Part shown: piece after piece, positions 1 through 10,456 of the stretch
Layout: the number at the start of each line of letters is the position of its first letter
How positions within the stretch are numbered: position 1 is the first letter of the stretch
Assembly (NCBI GenBank): GCA_031553555.1
Contig: JAVBLL010000003.1
Span: forward strand, 40,359 to 104,358
DNA length: 64,000 bases
Source: Bacilli bacterium
GTDB taxonomy: Bacteria; Bacillota_I; Bacilli_A; ML615J-28; CAG-698
Direction of reading: 5' to 3'
Position numbers and translations under genes: made by a program
The notes under the pieces: generated by a model
Seen by the model: the letters and a program-made list of their open reading frames with translations, nothing else
The model's database searches: none
Told to the model about the DNA's origin: nothing

Positions 1-236
1 CTAATGATGGATATAAAGAACATTTAGATGAATTATTTGGCGGCTTTTTGCGCTTAAGCAGATTATATTATAAAAAATATAATGTTGATTTACCGATTTA
101 TACTTTGAGATTTATCAAAGCCGAACAAAAAATTGTTATTGGTAAACCATATTATTATCAAGAATTATTAAAAGAAAAAAACGATGAAGAAATTTTAGAA
201 ATGTTTAGAAATTATTTGAATGAATTAGACGCTTAA
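1..236 (+). CDS. 3-prime end of a CDS that begins upstream of the window; hypothetical protein
   Basis: Frame 3 is open from base 3 to the TAA at 234-236. The TTG at 48 in the ORF track is probably internal. No motif recognised. Confidence 0.4.
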   Translation, partial: NDGYKEHLDELFGGFLRLSRLYYKKYNVDLPIYTLRFIKAEQKIVIGKPYYYQELLKEKNDEEILEMFRNYLNELDA

Positions 237-250
237 AAAAGGAGCATAAT

Positions 251-1126
251 ATGAAAAAATATGTAATACTAACAGACTCATCATGTGATTTAGGAAAAGA
301 AAGACGAGAATTATTGGACGTTGAATATATAAAAATGACACTTACTAGTCAAGAAGGGGATATGCTTGTTGATTTAGATTGGAATCAGTTTACACCAAAA
401 CAGTTTTATGATGCAATGAGAAATGGTACTTTATATAAAACAACACAAATTAATGCTGCCACTTATATGGAGTATTTTAAAAAATATTTAGATAAAGGTT
501 ATGATGTTTTATCAATTACTTGTTCATCAGGTTTAAGTGGATCAATTAACTCTAGTTTGGTTGCTAAGAGCAACCTAGAAGTTGAATATCCAAAGTCGAA
601 AATTATATGTATTGATAGCCTTCGTGGATCAATGGCCCAAGGGCTCCTTGTTGAATATGCAGCTAATCTTCGTAAAGATGGCAAAACAATTGAAGAAGTA
701 GCAAGCTGGATTGAGGAAAACAAACAAAATATTAATCAAGTAGGAACAGTTGATGATTTAATTTATTTGAAAAGAGCAGGAAGAGTTACGGGAGCCGCGG
801 CTTTCTTTAGTGGCTTGTTTCAAATTAAACCGATTATTATTGCTAACAGAAAAGGGGAAAACGAATCTATTAGTAAACTAAGAGGTCGCAATGCTTCTAT
901 TAGAGCAATAATAAACCATGTTAAAGAACATATTATCAATCCAACTGAACAAACAATTTTCATTTCACATGCTGATTGTATTGAAGAAGCAAGATTTATT
1001 GAAGATTGTTTGCTTGAAGAATTAAAATGCAAAGACGTTTATATTAATTACGTAGGTCCAGTAATTGGGGCAACAGTTGGTCCTGGTATGCTTGGTATAT
1101 ATTTTTATGGAGAACAACCAAATTAG
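251..1126 (+). CDS. DegV family fatty-acid-binding protein
   Basis: N-terminus MKKYVILTDSSCDL and a length of 291 aa are typical of DegV. RBS AAAAGGAG lies upstream. Confidence 0.9.
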   Translation: MKKYVILTDSSCDLGKERRELLDVEYIKMTLTSQEGDMLVDLDWNQFTPKQFYDAMRNGTLYKTTQINAATYMEYFKKYLDKGYDVLSITCSSGLSGSINSSLVAKSNLEVEYPKSKIICIDSLRGSMAQGLLVEYAANLRKDGKTIEEVASWIEENKQNINQVGTVDDLIYLKRAGRVTGAAAFFSGLFQIKPIIIANRKGENESISKLRGRNASIRAIINHVKEHIINPTEQTIFISHADCIEEARFIEDCLLEELKCKDVYINYVGPVIGATVGPGMLGIYFYGEQPN

Positions 1127-1153
1127 ATTTTTAATATAAAGTTAGGAGAATGT

Positions 1154-1732
1154 ATGGTTTTTCAAATTGTAAGTGGGATTTTATTACTTATTTTTTATCT
1201 TATTTATTTTATGAAATTTATCATTTTGCGAAGGCAAAACGTTAATGTCAATAGATTAGGTAAGCAAGATGGAAAAACTCAAAGGACGATAATTGTTGAA
1301 AGATTAGTTAAATATGGCAGTATTGTGATGGTGGCTATCCAAATTTTCAGTATTATTATAAATGAAAAATGGTATTATATAAATGTACATATAAGTATAA
1401 AGATAATTGGATTGGTACTAATACTATTTAGTGATGTCATTTTCCTTATAGCGGTTATGACAATGAAAAACAATTGGCGCGTGGGTATTACTACTGATGA
1501 CACCAAACTTGTTACCAATGGAATTTATCGTTTTAGCCGTAATCCGGCATTCCTTGCTTTTGATTTATCGTATATTGGACTTACACTAATTTTTAGTAAT
1601 CCGATAAATATAATTGCAACTATTTTAATAATTTGGTTTTTTGATTTTCAAATTAGAGAAGAAGAACAGTATTTAAATGAGAAATTTTTTGAATATGCAG
1701 ATTATAAGAAAAAAGTGAGAAGATATTTATAA
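1154..1732 (+). CDS. isoprenylcysteine carboxyl / phospholipid methyltransferase family membrane protein
   Basis: Multi-TM protein with NGIYRFSRNPAFLAFDLSYIGL, an ICMT/PEMT-type motif. RBS TAGGAG. Confidence 0.75.
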   Translation: MVFQIVSGILLLIFYLIYFMKFIILRRQNVNVNRLGKQDGKTQRTIIVERLVKYGSIVMVAIQIFSIIINEKWYYINVHISIKIIGLVLILFSDVIFLIAVMTMKNNWRVGITTDDTKLVTNGIYRFSRNPAFLAFDLSYIGLTLIFSNPINIIATILIIWFFDFQIREEEQYLNEKFFEYADYKKKVRRYL

Positions 1733-1771
1733 AATAAAAGTGCTATTTAAAATAAATATATAAACAAATAC

Positions 1772-1811
1772 AAAAGCCAAATATGAAGTTTTTAATCATA
1801 TTTGGCTTTTT
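1772..1811 (+). terminator. rho-independent terminator
   Basis: AAAAGCCAAATATGA ... TCATATTTGGCTTTT stem followed by T residues. Confidence 0.7.
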
Positions 1812-1946
1812 ACTATTTTATAAAATTTTTCTTGCAATTATTTCAAAAAAATGATAAAATATTCTCGTTTACAATTACTAAACAAAAAGTTTACAATCTT
1901 AAAACAAAGAAGTTTTAAGGTCATATGTAATTGTCAAGGGGGTTAC

Positions 1947-2480
1947 ATGGAAATTGGTAAAAAAATCAAAAGACTTCGAACCTTACTGGGTCTCACCCAG
2001 GAAGAACTGGCAGACCGATGTGAATTAACTAAAGGATATATATCCCAACTAGAAAATGATTTAACTGAACCATCCATTAGTACTTTGGAAGATATTTTAT
2101 TATCATTAGGTACAAATTTTAAAGAATTTTTTAATGAAGAAGAAGAAGAACAAATTATTTTTACTAATGATGATTATTTTATTAAGGAAACTGATCAGGA
2201 AAAAATAATTTGGTTAGTATTTAATAGTCAGAAAAATGAAATGGAACCGATTATTTTAGAACTTCAGAAAGGTTGTGCAACTGAGATTGACCTCCCGCAT
2301 GAAGGTCAAGAATTTGGTTATATAATCGAAGGAATAATTGAAGTTGTTTTTGGAAATAAAAAATATATATGTAAAAAGGGAGAAACATTTTATTTCTCAA
2401 CTAATAAAAATCACTATTTAAAAAATATACATACTGGTATATCTAAAGTCATTTGGATTTCCAGTCCCCCCAATTTCTAA
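1947..2480 (+). CDS. XRE-family HTH plus cupin-domain transcriptional regulator (PuuR-like), upstream of the pot operon
   Basis: MEIGKKIKRLRTLLGLTQEELA HTH and a C-terminal cupin-like HEGQEFGYIIEG motif. The ATG at 1947 is preceded by AAGGGGG. The longer track ORF starting at 1851 overlaps the promoter region. Confidence 0.85.
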   Translation: MEIGKKIKRLRTLLGLTQEELADRCELTKGYISQLENDLTEPSISTLEDILLSLGTNFKEFFNEEEEEQIIFTNDDYFIKETDQEKIIWLVFNSQKNEMEPIILELQKGCATEIDLPHEGQEFGYIIEGIIEVVFGNKKYICKKGETFYFSTNKNHYLKNIHTGISKVIWISSPPNF

Positions 2481-2496
2481 AGGAGAATGAATTAAT

Positions 2497-4008
2497 ATGG
2501 GAAACAAAGATATAATTATTGAATTAAAAAACGTCAACAAAGAATACGATGCAACAGTTGTTGTTGATGATGTCAACTTAGCCATTAAAAAAGGCGAGTT
2601 TGTAACTTTACTTGGGCCATCAGGCTGTGGAAAAACAACAACTCTTAGAATGATTGCTGGTTTTGAAATGGCGACTAGTGGAGAGATTTTACTGAATGGT
2701 AAAGATATATCATCTATCCCTCCTCATAAAAGACCAATTAACACTGTCTTTCAACGTTATGCACTTTTTCCTCATCTAGATGTTTATGACAATATTGCCT
2801 TTGGTTTAAAACTTAAAAAAGTGCCTGATGGAGAAAAGACTGATAAAAAAGGTAACCAAAAATATCGTCATCTCACAAAAGAGGAAATCGATAAAAAAGT
2901 TACAGGAGCTTTGAAAATTGTTGATCTTGAAGAATTTGAATGGCGTGACATTGCGACTTTATCAGGTGGACAGCAACAACGTGTGGCCATTGCTAGAGCT
3001 ATTGTAAATGAACCAGAAATCTTACTTCTAGATGAACCTCTTGGAGCCCTTGACTTAAAAATGCGCAAAGAGATGCAAGTTGAATTAAAAGAAATGCATA
3101 GCAAACTAGGGATTACTTTTATTTATGTAACGCATGACCAAGAAGAAGCACTAACAATGTCAGATACAATTGTCGTTATGAAAGATGGTATGATTCAACA
3201 AGTAGGAACTCCAAAAGCCATTTATGATGAACCAGCCAATGCGTTTGTTGCCAATTTTATTGGAGAAAGTAATATTTATAGTGGAACTATCATTGATGAT
3301 ACACATGTTTTGTTTTTGTCTCAACGTTTTGAATGTGTTGATAAATTTCCTAAAAATGAAAAAGTCGATGTTGTTTTAAGACCAGAAGATATTTTAATGG
3401 TTGATAAAGGTAAAGGAATGGTTGATGGAAAAATTGTTTCAAGAACTTTTAAAGGTGTTTATTATGAATATGTTTTAATGGTTGGTAAAAACGAAGTTGT
3501 CATTCAAAATACAAAATGTTTTGATGAAGGTTTAATTATGGGGATAACTGTTGAGGCAGATAATATCCATATTATGAGTAAAGAATTTACAAGTAATAAA
3601 TATGATGGTTATATTGATAAACACAATAATGTGATTTTTGCTGATGGCAAGTTTGTTTGTGATGTGACGCAGTTAATACCAGGAACAACATTAGATGAAG
3701 ATGGTTATTTAATAGCAAGTGACGGAACTATTTATGATTTAACTGATGCCGATGTCAAGGTTGAGGTTGGTTTAAATGAAATTGAAATTATCGATAATGA
3801 AGAAGATGGTATTGTCAGTGGAGAAATTATTTCAATTATTTATAAAGGTGACCACTATCAATTAATTATCCGTACTGAAGAAGATGAAGATTTTGTTGTT
3901 GATACTGAATGGTCCTATAATGAATTTGATAAGGTTTCAGTAATGATTAAACCAGAAGATATTCATATGAAATTGATTAATGAGGCAAAAAACTATGTCA
4001 AAGGTTAG
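2497..4008 (+). CDS. potA: spermidine/putrescine ABC transporter ATP-binding protein, extended form (503 aa)
   Basis: Walker [10 protein letters not shown], signature LSGGQQQR and Walker B LLLDEP are present. It is followed by potB/C/D-type genes. Confidence 0.9.
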   Translation: MGNKDIIIELKNVNKEYDATVVVDDVNLAIKKGEFVTLLGPSGCGKTTTLRMIAGFEMATSGEILLNGKDISSIPPHKRPINTVFQRYALFPHLDVYDNIAFGLKLKKVPDGEKTDKKGNQKYRHLTKEEIDKKVTGALKIVDLEEFEWRDIATLSGGQQQRVAIARAIVNEPEILLLDEPLGALDLKMRKEMQVELKEMHSKLGITFIYVTHDQEEALTMSDTIVVMKDGMIQQVGTPKAIYDEPANAFVANFIGESNIYSGTIIDDTHVLFLSQRFECVDKFPKNEKVDVVLRPEDILMVDKGKGMVDGKIVSRTFKGVYYEYVLMVGKNEVVIQNTKCFDEGLIMGITVEADNIHIMSKEFTSNKYDGYIDKHNNVIFADGKFVCDVTQLIPGTTLDEDGYLIASDGTIYDLTDADVKVEVGLNEIEIIDNEEDGIVSGEIISIIYKGDHYQLIIRTEEDEDFVVDTEWSYNEFDKVSVMIKPEDIHMKLINEAKNYVKG

Positions 4009-4798
4009 ATTTAAGCGTAAGTATCTATCGATACCTTATCTAATTTTTCTAGTTTGTTTTGTTGTGATCCCATTGTTATTAATTATTTATTATGCATTGA
4101 GCAATGAAGATGGTTCAATATCTCTAAGTAACTTTATTAATTTCTTTGGCAATAAAGATAAGATTGGACTTTTATCAGTTAGTATAATAATCGGGGCCTT
4201 AAATACAGCCTTATGTGTTTTAATTGGTTATCCTATTGCTATGATTTTATCGAAAAATAAACGTGGTAACAATAAAATGTCAGTAATCATTTTATTATTC
4301 ATTATGCCAATGTGGATTAACTTTGTTTTAAGAACCGCAGCTACTCGTGATTTGTTATATTGGATTGGTATTGATGGTGGTAATTATCCATATTTAGCAA
4401 CAATGTTTGGGATGGTTTATAACTATTTACCATTCACGATTTTACCATTATATACAACAATGTTGAAAATGGACAAGAGTTTAATTGATGCATCATATGA
4501 TTTAGGGGCTAATAAAGTGCAAACTTTCGTAAAAACGACAATACCTATGACTATGCCTGGTATTATCAGTGCAGCACTAATGGTATTCATGCCAACAATG
4601 TCTAGCTTTGTTATTAGTGATGTTATGGGCGAAAGAAAAATTCAACTTATTGGTAATACAATTCAGTTTAACTTTGACCAAATGCGTTGGCATGAAGGAA
4701 GTCTGATTGCGTTCATTATGCTAATTATTATTGGTATTAGTATGCTACTTACAAAAAACATTCAAAAAGAAGAAAATGCTCGAGGTGGCTTATGGTAA
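3995..4798 (+). CDS. potB: spermidine/putrescine ABC transporter permease
   Basis: Six-TM BPD-type permease in operon order after potA. The ATG at 3995 has GAGG upstream; the start at 3980 is the alternative. Confidence 0.85.
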   Translation: MSKVRFKRKYLSIPYLIFLVCFVVIPLLLIIYYALSNEDGSISLSNFINFFGNKDKIGLLSVSIIIGALNTALCVLIGYPIAMILSKNKRGNNKMSVIILLFIMPMWINFVLRTAATRDLLYWIGIDGGNYPYLATMFGMVYNYLPFTILPLYTTMLKMDKSLIDASYDLGANKVQTFVKTTIPMTMPGIISAALMVFMPTMSSFVISDVMGERKIQLIGNTIQFNFDQMRWHEGSLIAFIMLIIIGISMLLTKNIQKEENARGGLW

Positions 4799-5589
4799 AG
4801 AAGATTTTTGGAAAATCATATGTAGTTTTAATTTTATTGTTAATGTATGCTCCAATTTTACTTCTTATTGCTTTTAGTTTCACAGATTCAAGCAATATTG
4901 GAACATGGAATGGTTTTACTTTTAAACTATATGGAGATGTATTTAAAAATGAAGAAATTATGGAAGCCTTAAAAAATACTATTTTAATTGCAGTAGCTTC
5001 CTCAGTATGTTCAACTATTCTTGGAACGCTTGGAGCAATTGGTATTTATTATAGTGGTAAAAGATTGAAGAAAGTTATGAATGGTTTAAATGAAATTCCG
5101 GTTTTAAACGCTGAAATTGTCACAGCCATTGCCTTAACAATTTTATTTGTTGCCTTAGGAATTCAGTTTAATTTTATAACTTTATTAATTGGTCATATGG
5201 TTCTAACAATCCCGTTTGTTATTTTGAGCGTAATGCCCAAACTTAAACAACTTGACCCTAATACATATGAGGCAGCTCTTGACCTAGGAGCGACACCACG
5301 TAAAGCATTATGGAGTGTCATTATTCCGGAAATAATGCCAGGAATTATCTCAGGCTTTTTGTTATGTGTTACCCTTTCTTTAGATGATTATATCATTACG
5401 GCCTTTACACGTAATAACTCCTTTTCAACATTATCCACTTATGTGTATGGTGTTACTGCCAAAAGAGGAGCACTTCCTGCGACTTTAAGAGCCTTGACAA
5501 CCATTATTACTGTATTAATGCTAGTAATCCTAATTTTCATTAACAAGCGCTCAGCCACAAAATATAAACATAGAGGAGCAAGATACTAA
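4792..5589 (+). CDS. potC: spermidine/putrescine ABC transporter permease
   Basis: BPD-type permease with EAALDLGATPRKALWSVIIP (EAA loop). It overlaps potB by 7 nt. Confidence 0.85.
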   Translation: MVKKIFGKSYVVLILLLMYAPILLLIAFSFTDSSNIGTWNGFTFKLYGDVFKNEEIMEALKNTILIAVASSVCSTILGTLGAIGIYYSGKRLKKVMNGLNEIPVLNAEIVTAIALTILFVALGIQFNFITLLIGHMVLTIPFVILSVMPKLKQLDPNTYEAALDLGATPRKALWSVIIPEIMPGIISGFLLCVTLSLDDYIITAFTRNNSFSTLSTYVYGVTAKRGALPATLRALTTIITVLMLVILIFINKRSATKYKHRGARY

Positions 5590-7169
5590 TGAAAAAATCA
5601 CTTAGTTTATTATTAGTTTTGTTATTTGTTTTTTGTCTTGTTGGATGTAGTGAAGAAAATAATTTAACTTTGAGGATTTATAACTGGCAGGATTATATTG
5701 ATGAAGGTGTTGATGAGGATGGCGCCAAAATAAGTACTTCTGTAATGGAAGAGTGGAGCAGTTGGTATTATGAAACATATAATGTTAAGGTTGATATTGT
5801 TTATGATACATTTGAAACTAATGAAGTAATGTTAAATACCTTGAAAACAGGAAAAACAACTTATGACCTTATTTGTCCATCTGATTATACAATTCAAAAA
5901 ATGGTTCGTTTAGATATGTTAGAGACTTTTGACTATAATCTAAAAGATTCAAATGGTGATATTGTTATGAGTAACTATCAATATGTTTCACCATACTTAA
6001 AAGGGCTATTTAGTGATAAAGGTTGGGAAGAATATTCTGTACCGTATATGTGGGGAACTATGGGGCTTATTTATGATCCAGAAATAGTATCTGAAGAAGA
6101 TGCTAAAAACTGGTCCCTTTTATGGAATAATGATTATAAAAATTATGCGACGGCTAAAGACAGTGTCCGTGATACTTATGTAGTTGGAGTAATGTATGTT
6201 TATTATGATGAACTAATGGAACTAAAAAATCAATTAGAAAATGGGACAATATCAAAAGATACTTATAATAATGGTGTTGAACGCATAATGAATAGATGTG
6301 ATAATGACACTATTGAAAAAGTTGAAGTTGCATTAAAGGAAATGAAAAAGAACATATATGGTTATGAAGTTGACAGTGGTAAAAGTGATATCGTTACAGG
6401 TAAGGTTTCTATAAACTTTGCATGGAGTGGAGATGCTGTTTATTCACTAGATGTTGCTGAAGAAGAAGCAGAGTTATATTTAAACTATGTTGTTCCAGAA
6501 GAAGGAAGTAATGTTTGGTTTGATGGTTGGGTAATGCCAAATGGCGCCAATAAAGTTTTAGCTCAAAGTTTTATTAATTATTTATGTAATCCTGAAATTG
6601 CTGTTCGCAATATGAATGTCATAGGATATACATCAGCAATTGTTGGCGATGATATTCTTGATATGATTGATGAATGGTATGGAGTAAGTTGCCCATATTT
6701 CGATGAAGAAACATCATCTTGGTGGCTTGATGAAGAAGAATATGATTTGCATGATCCTGAATTAGTTATTGATGGAAGCAGCGGAACTTGGTTCATTGGT
6801 GAGTTTGACACTGAAGTTGAGGTCGAAGAAGGTTATGAGGTTGATCTCACATATTTATTTGATGGAGCTGTCAGCGAAGAATACTTAGATGATGAAGGAA
6901 AAGTCATTGTTAGGGTCGCTGAAAGAGGAAGACAGTTTGATACCCAATATCCTGATGAAGAGACAATTATGAGATGCGGAATTATGGAAGACTTTGGAGA
7001 CCAAAACGAGGCGGTTCTTGCAATGTGGGAAAGTGTGAAAATTGGCGATATTTCAATTTGGATTACAATTGCCCTTGTAACTGTAATTATAGTTCTAATA
7101 TCTTCGTTATATGGATATAAAGTCTATAAAATGCAAATACGTAAGCGACGTAAACTTAAAAAAGCTTAA
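5589..7169 (+). CDS. potD: polyamine-binding lipoprotein with acidic insertions and a C-terminal TM helix
   Basis: Lipobox LVGC at the N-terminus and PotD-like motifs (YNWQDYID, YDLICPSDY, VPYMWGT). The C-terminal hydrophobic stretch ISIWITIALVTVIIVLISSLYGY is followed by a basic tail. Confidence 0.85.
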   Translation: MKKSLSLLLVLLFVFCLVGCSEENNLTLRIYNWQDYIDEGVDEDGAKISTSVMEEWSSWYYETYNVKVDIVYDTFETNEVMLNTLKTGKTTYDLICPSDYTIQKMVRLDMLETFDYNLKDSNGDIVMSNYQYVSPYLKGLFSDKGWEEYSVPYMWGTMGLIYDPEIVSEEDAKNWSLLWNNDYKNYATAKDSVRDTYVVGVMYVYYDELMELKNQLENGTISKDTYNNGVERIMNRCDNDTIEKVEVALKEMKKNIYGYEVDSGKSDIVTGKVSINFAWSGDAVYSLDVAEEEAELYLNYVVPEEGSNVWFDGWVMPNGANKVLAQSFINYLCNPEIAVRNMNVIGYTSAIVGDDILDMIDEWYGVSCPYFDEETSSWWLDEEEYDLHDPELVIDGSSGTWFIGEFDTEVEVEEGYEVDLTYLFDGAVSEEYLDDEGKVIVRVAERGRQFDTQYPDEETIMRCGIMEDFGDQNEAVLAMWESVKIGDISIWITIALVTVIIVLISSLYGYKVYKMQIRKRRKLKKA

Positions 7170-7177
7170 ATATATTA

Positions 7178-7211
7178 TCCCTTTCTTTAATTATTAAGAA
7201 AGGGATTTTTA
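7178..7211 (+). terminator. rho-independent terminator of the pot operon
   Basis: TCCCTTTCTT ... AAGAAAGGGA stem followed by TTTTTAT. Confidence 0.8.
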
Positions 7212-7297
7212 TTTATTCAAAAAAATACAAAAAATTCAAATAGACTCTTTTCATAATTTCCATAATATGGTATAATAATAATTATATGGAGGGAAAT

Positions 7298-8020
7298 ATG
7301 TTAAAAGTTGAAAATCTAATAAAAGTTTACGATAATAACAAAAGAGCAGTAGATGATGTTTCATTTACTATTAATGGTGGAGAAATATTTGGTTTTATCG
7401 GACCAAATGGCGCAGGAAAAACAACAACAATAAAATCAATAGTTGGGCTCATTCCTTTTAGTGGAGGTAAAATTACCTTTAATAATTTGGATATTACCAA
7501 AGATAGTTTAGAGATAAAAAAACAAATTGCCTATATTCCAGACAACCCTGATTTATATGAATCACTTACAGGGATTCAGTTTTTAAATTTTATAGCAGAC
7601 GTTTACGAAGTCTCAGTTGAAGACAGAAATAGAGATATTGCCAAGTATGCTGATATTTTTCAAATAAAAGGTAATTTAGGAGATTTGATATCATCTTATT
7701 CTCATGGGATGAAACAAAAATTAGCTTTGATTTCAGCGTTCATTCATCATCCAAAACTATTGATACTTGATGAACCATTTGTTGGTTTAGATCCCAAAGC
7801 GGCCTATGACGTTAAAGAGATTATGAAGGAAATGTGTGATAATGGGGCATCGGTATTTTTCTCAACCCATGTTTTAGAAGTTGCTGAAAAATTATGTAAT
7901 AGAATTGCCATTATTTCTAAGGGTAAACTTGTCGCATATGGCACAATGGATGAAGTAAAAGGAAGTAGTTCTCTTGAAAGTGTCTTTTTAGATATTGCCA
8001 CAAGTAAAGGGGGAAAATGA
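7298..8020 (+). CDS. ABC transporter ATP-binding protein
   Basis: Walker A GPNGAGKTT, signature YSHGMKQK and Walker B LILDEP. GGAGGG RBS precedes the ATG at 7298. Confidence 0.85.
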   Translation: MLKVENLIKVYDNNKRAVDDVSFTINGGEIFGFIGPNGAGKTTTIKSIVGLIPFSGGKITFNNLDITKDSLEIKKQIAYIPDNPDLYESLTGIQFLNFIADVYEVSVEDRNRDIAKYADIFQIKGNLGDLISSYSHGMKQKLALISAFIHHPKLLILDEPFVGLDPKAAYDVKEIMKEMCDNGASVFFSTHVLEVAEKLCNRIAIISKGKLVAYGTMDEVKGSSSLESVFLDIATSKGGK

Positions 8021-9636
8021 TGGAATCATCAATGAAATCATCAATGAAAATATTTTGGAAATTATTTAAAATAGATTTTATTAATACTTTTTCTTTAAAT
8101 CGTTTAAATAAAAAACATGGTAAAAGAACAAGTATGACCCCTTTAATAATGATGAGTCTAATTTACTTCTTTTTGTTTATTATGATATTTTTTTATATAT
8201 TCATTATAGCAGCATCTTTAAAAGAGATGGGAGTAATGGACTTGCTACTTCATTTTGGGTTGCTAGTTGCTATATTAATATGTTTGATATTCACAATTAG
8301 TCAAGCTAATAATGTATTGTTTGAAAGTAAAGACTTTGATTTACTAATGGCGATGCCAATAAAACCAAAAATAATAGTCGCTAGTAAAATTGCTAGTATG
8401 TCACTAATCAATTATTTAATGTTTGGTATGTTATTCATTCCAATAACAATAGCTTATTATTTTTATGCACAGCCATCATTATTGTTTTTCTTAAACGCAT
8501 TAATTGTTTTTATATTTGGTCCTTTACTTATAATTGTCATTTGTAGTTTTATTTCTTTTTTAATGGGTTTATTACTTAAAAAAACAAAATACAAATCAAT
8601 GATAAACTCTTTAATTGCTATGTGTATTTTAGCTGCCTTCTTAGTAGGCTATATGATGTTTATGAATAATATAGAATCAATTACTGCCGATGACTTAAGC
8701 AATGCCGTTAATATCACAAAATATATATACTATCCAAACAGCTTGGCCGTTAGCGGTATGCTTGGGGATTATTTGAGCCTATTATTTTATGTAGGTTTGT
8801 CAATTATCCCATTTGGATTATTTATTGTCTTTATTGGGAAAAACTATTCTAAGGCAAATATGAGGGCAAAAATCAGTCATACTAAGCGAAATTACCAATT
8901 AGATGCCCAAAAATCTAAAAGTCCAATTAAAAGTCTATTGTTTAAAGAAACAAAACGCTTTTTCTCCTCATCCACATACACTATGAATGTTATGGTAGGA
9001 CCACTACTTGCTGTAATTGGCACAATTATCTTATGGATTAGTTTAAAGTCTATTCAAGACACCTTAGAAGGCGAAGGCTTTGCTATGAGTCTACTTACTC
9101 TTTTATATATGGTACTGAGCAGTTTTTCGTATGGAATTGCCCCAAGTACTGCTTCATCCATTAGCATGGAAGGAAAAACTTTTTGGATACTTAAGGCATC
9201 ACCCATTAAAACAAAAGATATATTCATTGCGAAAATTCTTTTTTATGTATTATTAACATCACCTTTTATTATAATTAACGGAATCTTTTTATCAATAGTT
9301 CTTGATGTAACTATTTTTGAAAAAGTTCTTATGTTTATTACCCCATTCATCTTTTCAACAATTTATGCTATGGAAGGACTATGGATTAATATTTTGACCC
9401 CTAAGTTTGACTGGACAAACGAAACAAAAGCCATCAAACAAAGTGCCGGTACCATTTATGCTATGCTGCTTGGTATGGGAATCAGTGTAATTATGTATGT
9501 ACCATCTTTCATAGTAAATGGTCTTGGTGGCAATGGCTTATTAGCATTATTAATAATGTCAATAGTTGGTTTTGGAATTATGTTATTAATTTTAATTAAA
9601 CATGGTAAGAAGAAGTATGAGAAAATCGCTTTTTAA
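8017..9636 (+). CDS. multi-pass membrane protein, putative permease partner of the preceding ABC ATPase
   Basis: ATGA start/stop overlap with the ATPase gene. More than 10 predicted hydrophobic helices. Confidence 0.6.
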   Translation: MMESSMKSSMKIFWKLFKIDFINTFSLNRLNKKHGKRTSMTPLIMMSLIYFFLFIMIFFYIFIIAASLKEMGVMDLLLHFGLLVAILICLIFTISQANNVLFESKDFDLLMAMPIKPKIIVASKIASMSLINYLMFGMLFIPITIAYYFYAQPSLLFFLNALIVFIFGPLLIIVICSFISFLMGLLLKKTKYKSMINSLIAMCILAAFLVGYMMFMNNIESITADDLSNAVNITKYIYYPNSLAVSGMLGDYLSLLFYVGLSIIPFGLFIVFIGKNYSKANMRAKISHTKRNYQLDAQKSKSPIKSLLFKETKRFFSSSTYTMNVMVGPLLAVIGTIILWISLKSIQDTLEGEGFAMSLLTLLYMVLSSFSYGIAPSTASSISMEGKTFWILKASPIKTKDIFIAKILFYVLLTSPFIIINGIFLSIVLDVTIFEKVLMFITPFIFSTIYAMEGLWINILTPKFDWTNETKAIKQSAGTIYAMLLGMGISVIMYVPSFIVNGLGGNGLLALLIMSIVGFGIMLLILIKHGKKKYEKIAF

Positions 9637-9745
9637 AGATGGTTTTTATTAAAAATTGTGTTTTAATAAAATTTATAATATAATGGCGAATGAATAAATA
9701 TAATAGTAATGAAAGGAAATAAACAACACAAATGTTGTTAACAAT

Positions 9746-10234
9746 ATGAGTAATAAAGAATTATTTAAAAGTTCAGTTGAATATAAATATAGCAGAAATT
9801 ATGCATTATTATTTTTAGTAATAGATCTAGGCGTTATTCTTTTAATAAGTATGTTCTCTTTACCATTAATATTTGAGGTTGAAGATTCAAAGACAGGATT
9901 TGAAATTTTTATGGTATTATTGCTTTCATTTAGCTTGATTTTTGTTCCTTTTATTTTATATTACGTAATAAGAAATATAAGGTTATTGAAAGATGTTGAA
10001 AATTATACTTTTCATGAAACGGAATTTAAAGAAATAAATGATTTCTTTAAAACAATGTATTTCACGATAGTTATTAACCATGATAACAAAAAAATCAAGG
10101 TTGATACAAGAGCCATTTTTTATGGTGGGTTTGCCGCTTTTTTACCTAAAGTAAGTGAATTCATAAATAAAAAGGTTTTGGTTGCTTATAATGCTCAAAC
10201 TGAAAAAGTTGTTGTCATAAAAGTTATTGAATAA
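9746..10234 (+). CDS. hypothetical membrane protein
   Basis: Two N-terminal hydrophobic helices. Weak RBS. Confidence 0.45.
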   Translation: MSNKELFKSSVEYKYSRNYALLFLVIDLGVILLISMFSLPLIFEVEDSKTGFEIFMVLLLSFSLIFVPFILYYVIRNIRLLKDVENYTFHETEFKEINDFFKTMYFTIVINHDNKKIKVDTRAIFYGGFAAFLPKVSEFINKKVLVAYNAQTEKVVVIKVIE

Positions 10235-10262
10235 TATAAATATTTGAAAACAAATTAATAGT

Positions 10263-10297
10263 AAAACCAAAATTGAAAAGTCAATTTTGGTTTTTTA
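10263..10297 (+). terminator. rho-independent terminator
   Basis: AAAACCAAAATTGA ... TCAATTTTGGTTTT followed by a T run. Confidence 0.8.
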
Positions 10298-10334
10298 TAT
10301 TGTATTTTATAAAACTATATATTTTTAGATTAAT

Positions 10335-10415
10335 ATTGCCAAAAACCTTGCAATAATATAAAAATTGCCAAAAACCTTGCAATAATATAAATATTGCCAA
10401 AAACCTTGCAATAAT
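10335..10415 (+). promoter_or_regulatory. three tandem 29-bp repeats, each carrying ATTGC-N10-GCAAT; the third overlaps a putative -35
   Basis: ATTGCCAAAAACCTTGCAATAATATAAA starts at 10335, 10364 and 10393. TTGCAA (10405-10410), a 17-nt spacer and TATACT (10428-10433) precede the satD-like gene. Confidence 0.65.
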
Positions 10416-10456
10416 TGATTTTTTTTGTTATACTATTATTAGGAGGATACAATTAT

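Noticed and set aside
1851-1946. N-terminal extensions offered by the ORF track (1851, 10415, 11091, 21685, 29319, 34298, 46403, 49398, 54662 and others)
   Set aside because: In each case an internal ATG a few codons downstream is preceded by a good Shine-Dalgarno sequence, and the extension overlaps promoter or terminator sequence. The shorter starts were used.
10335-10415. Possible CRISPR array
   Set aside because: The three 29-bp units are directly adjacent with no spacers, and no cas genes are present. They are interpreted as operator-like tandem repeats instead.
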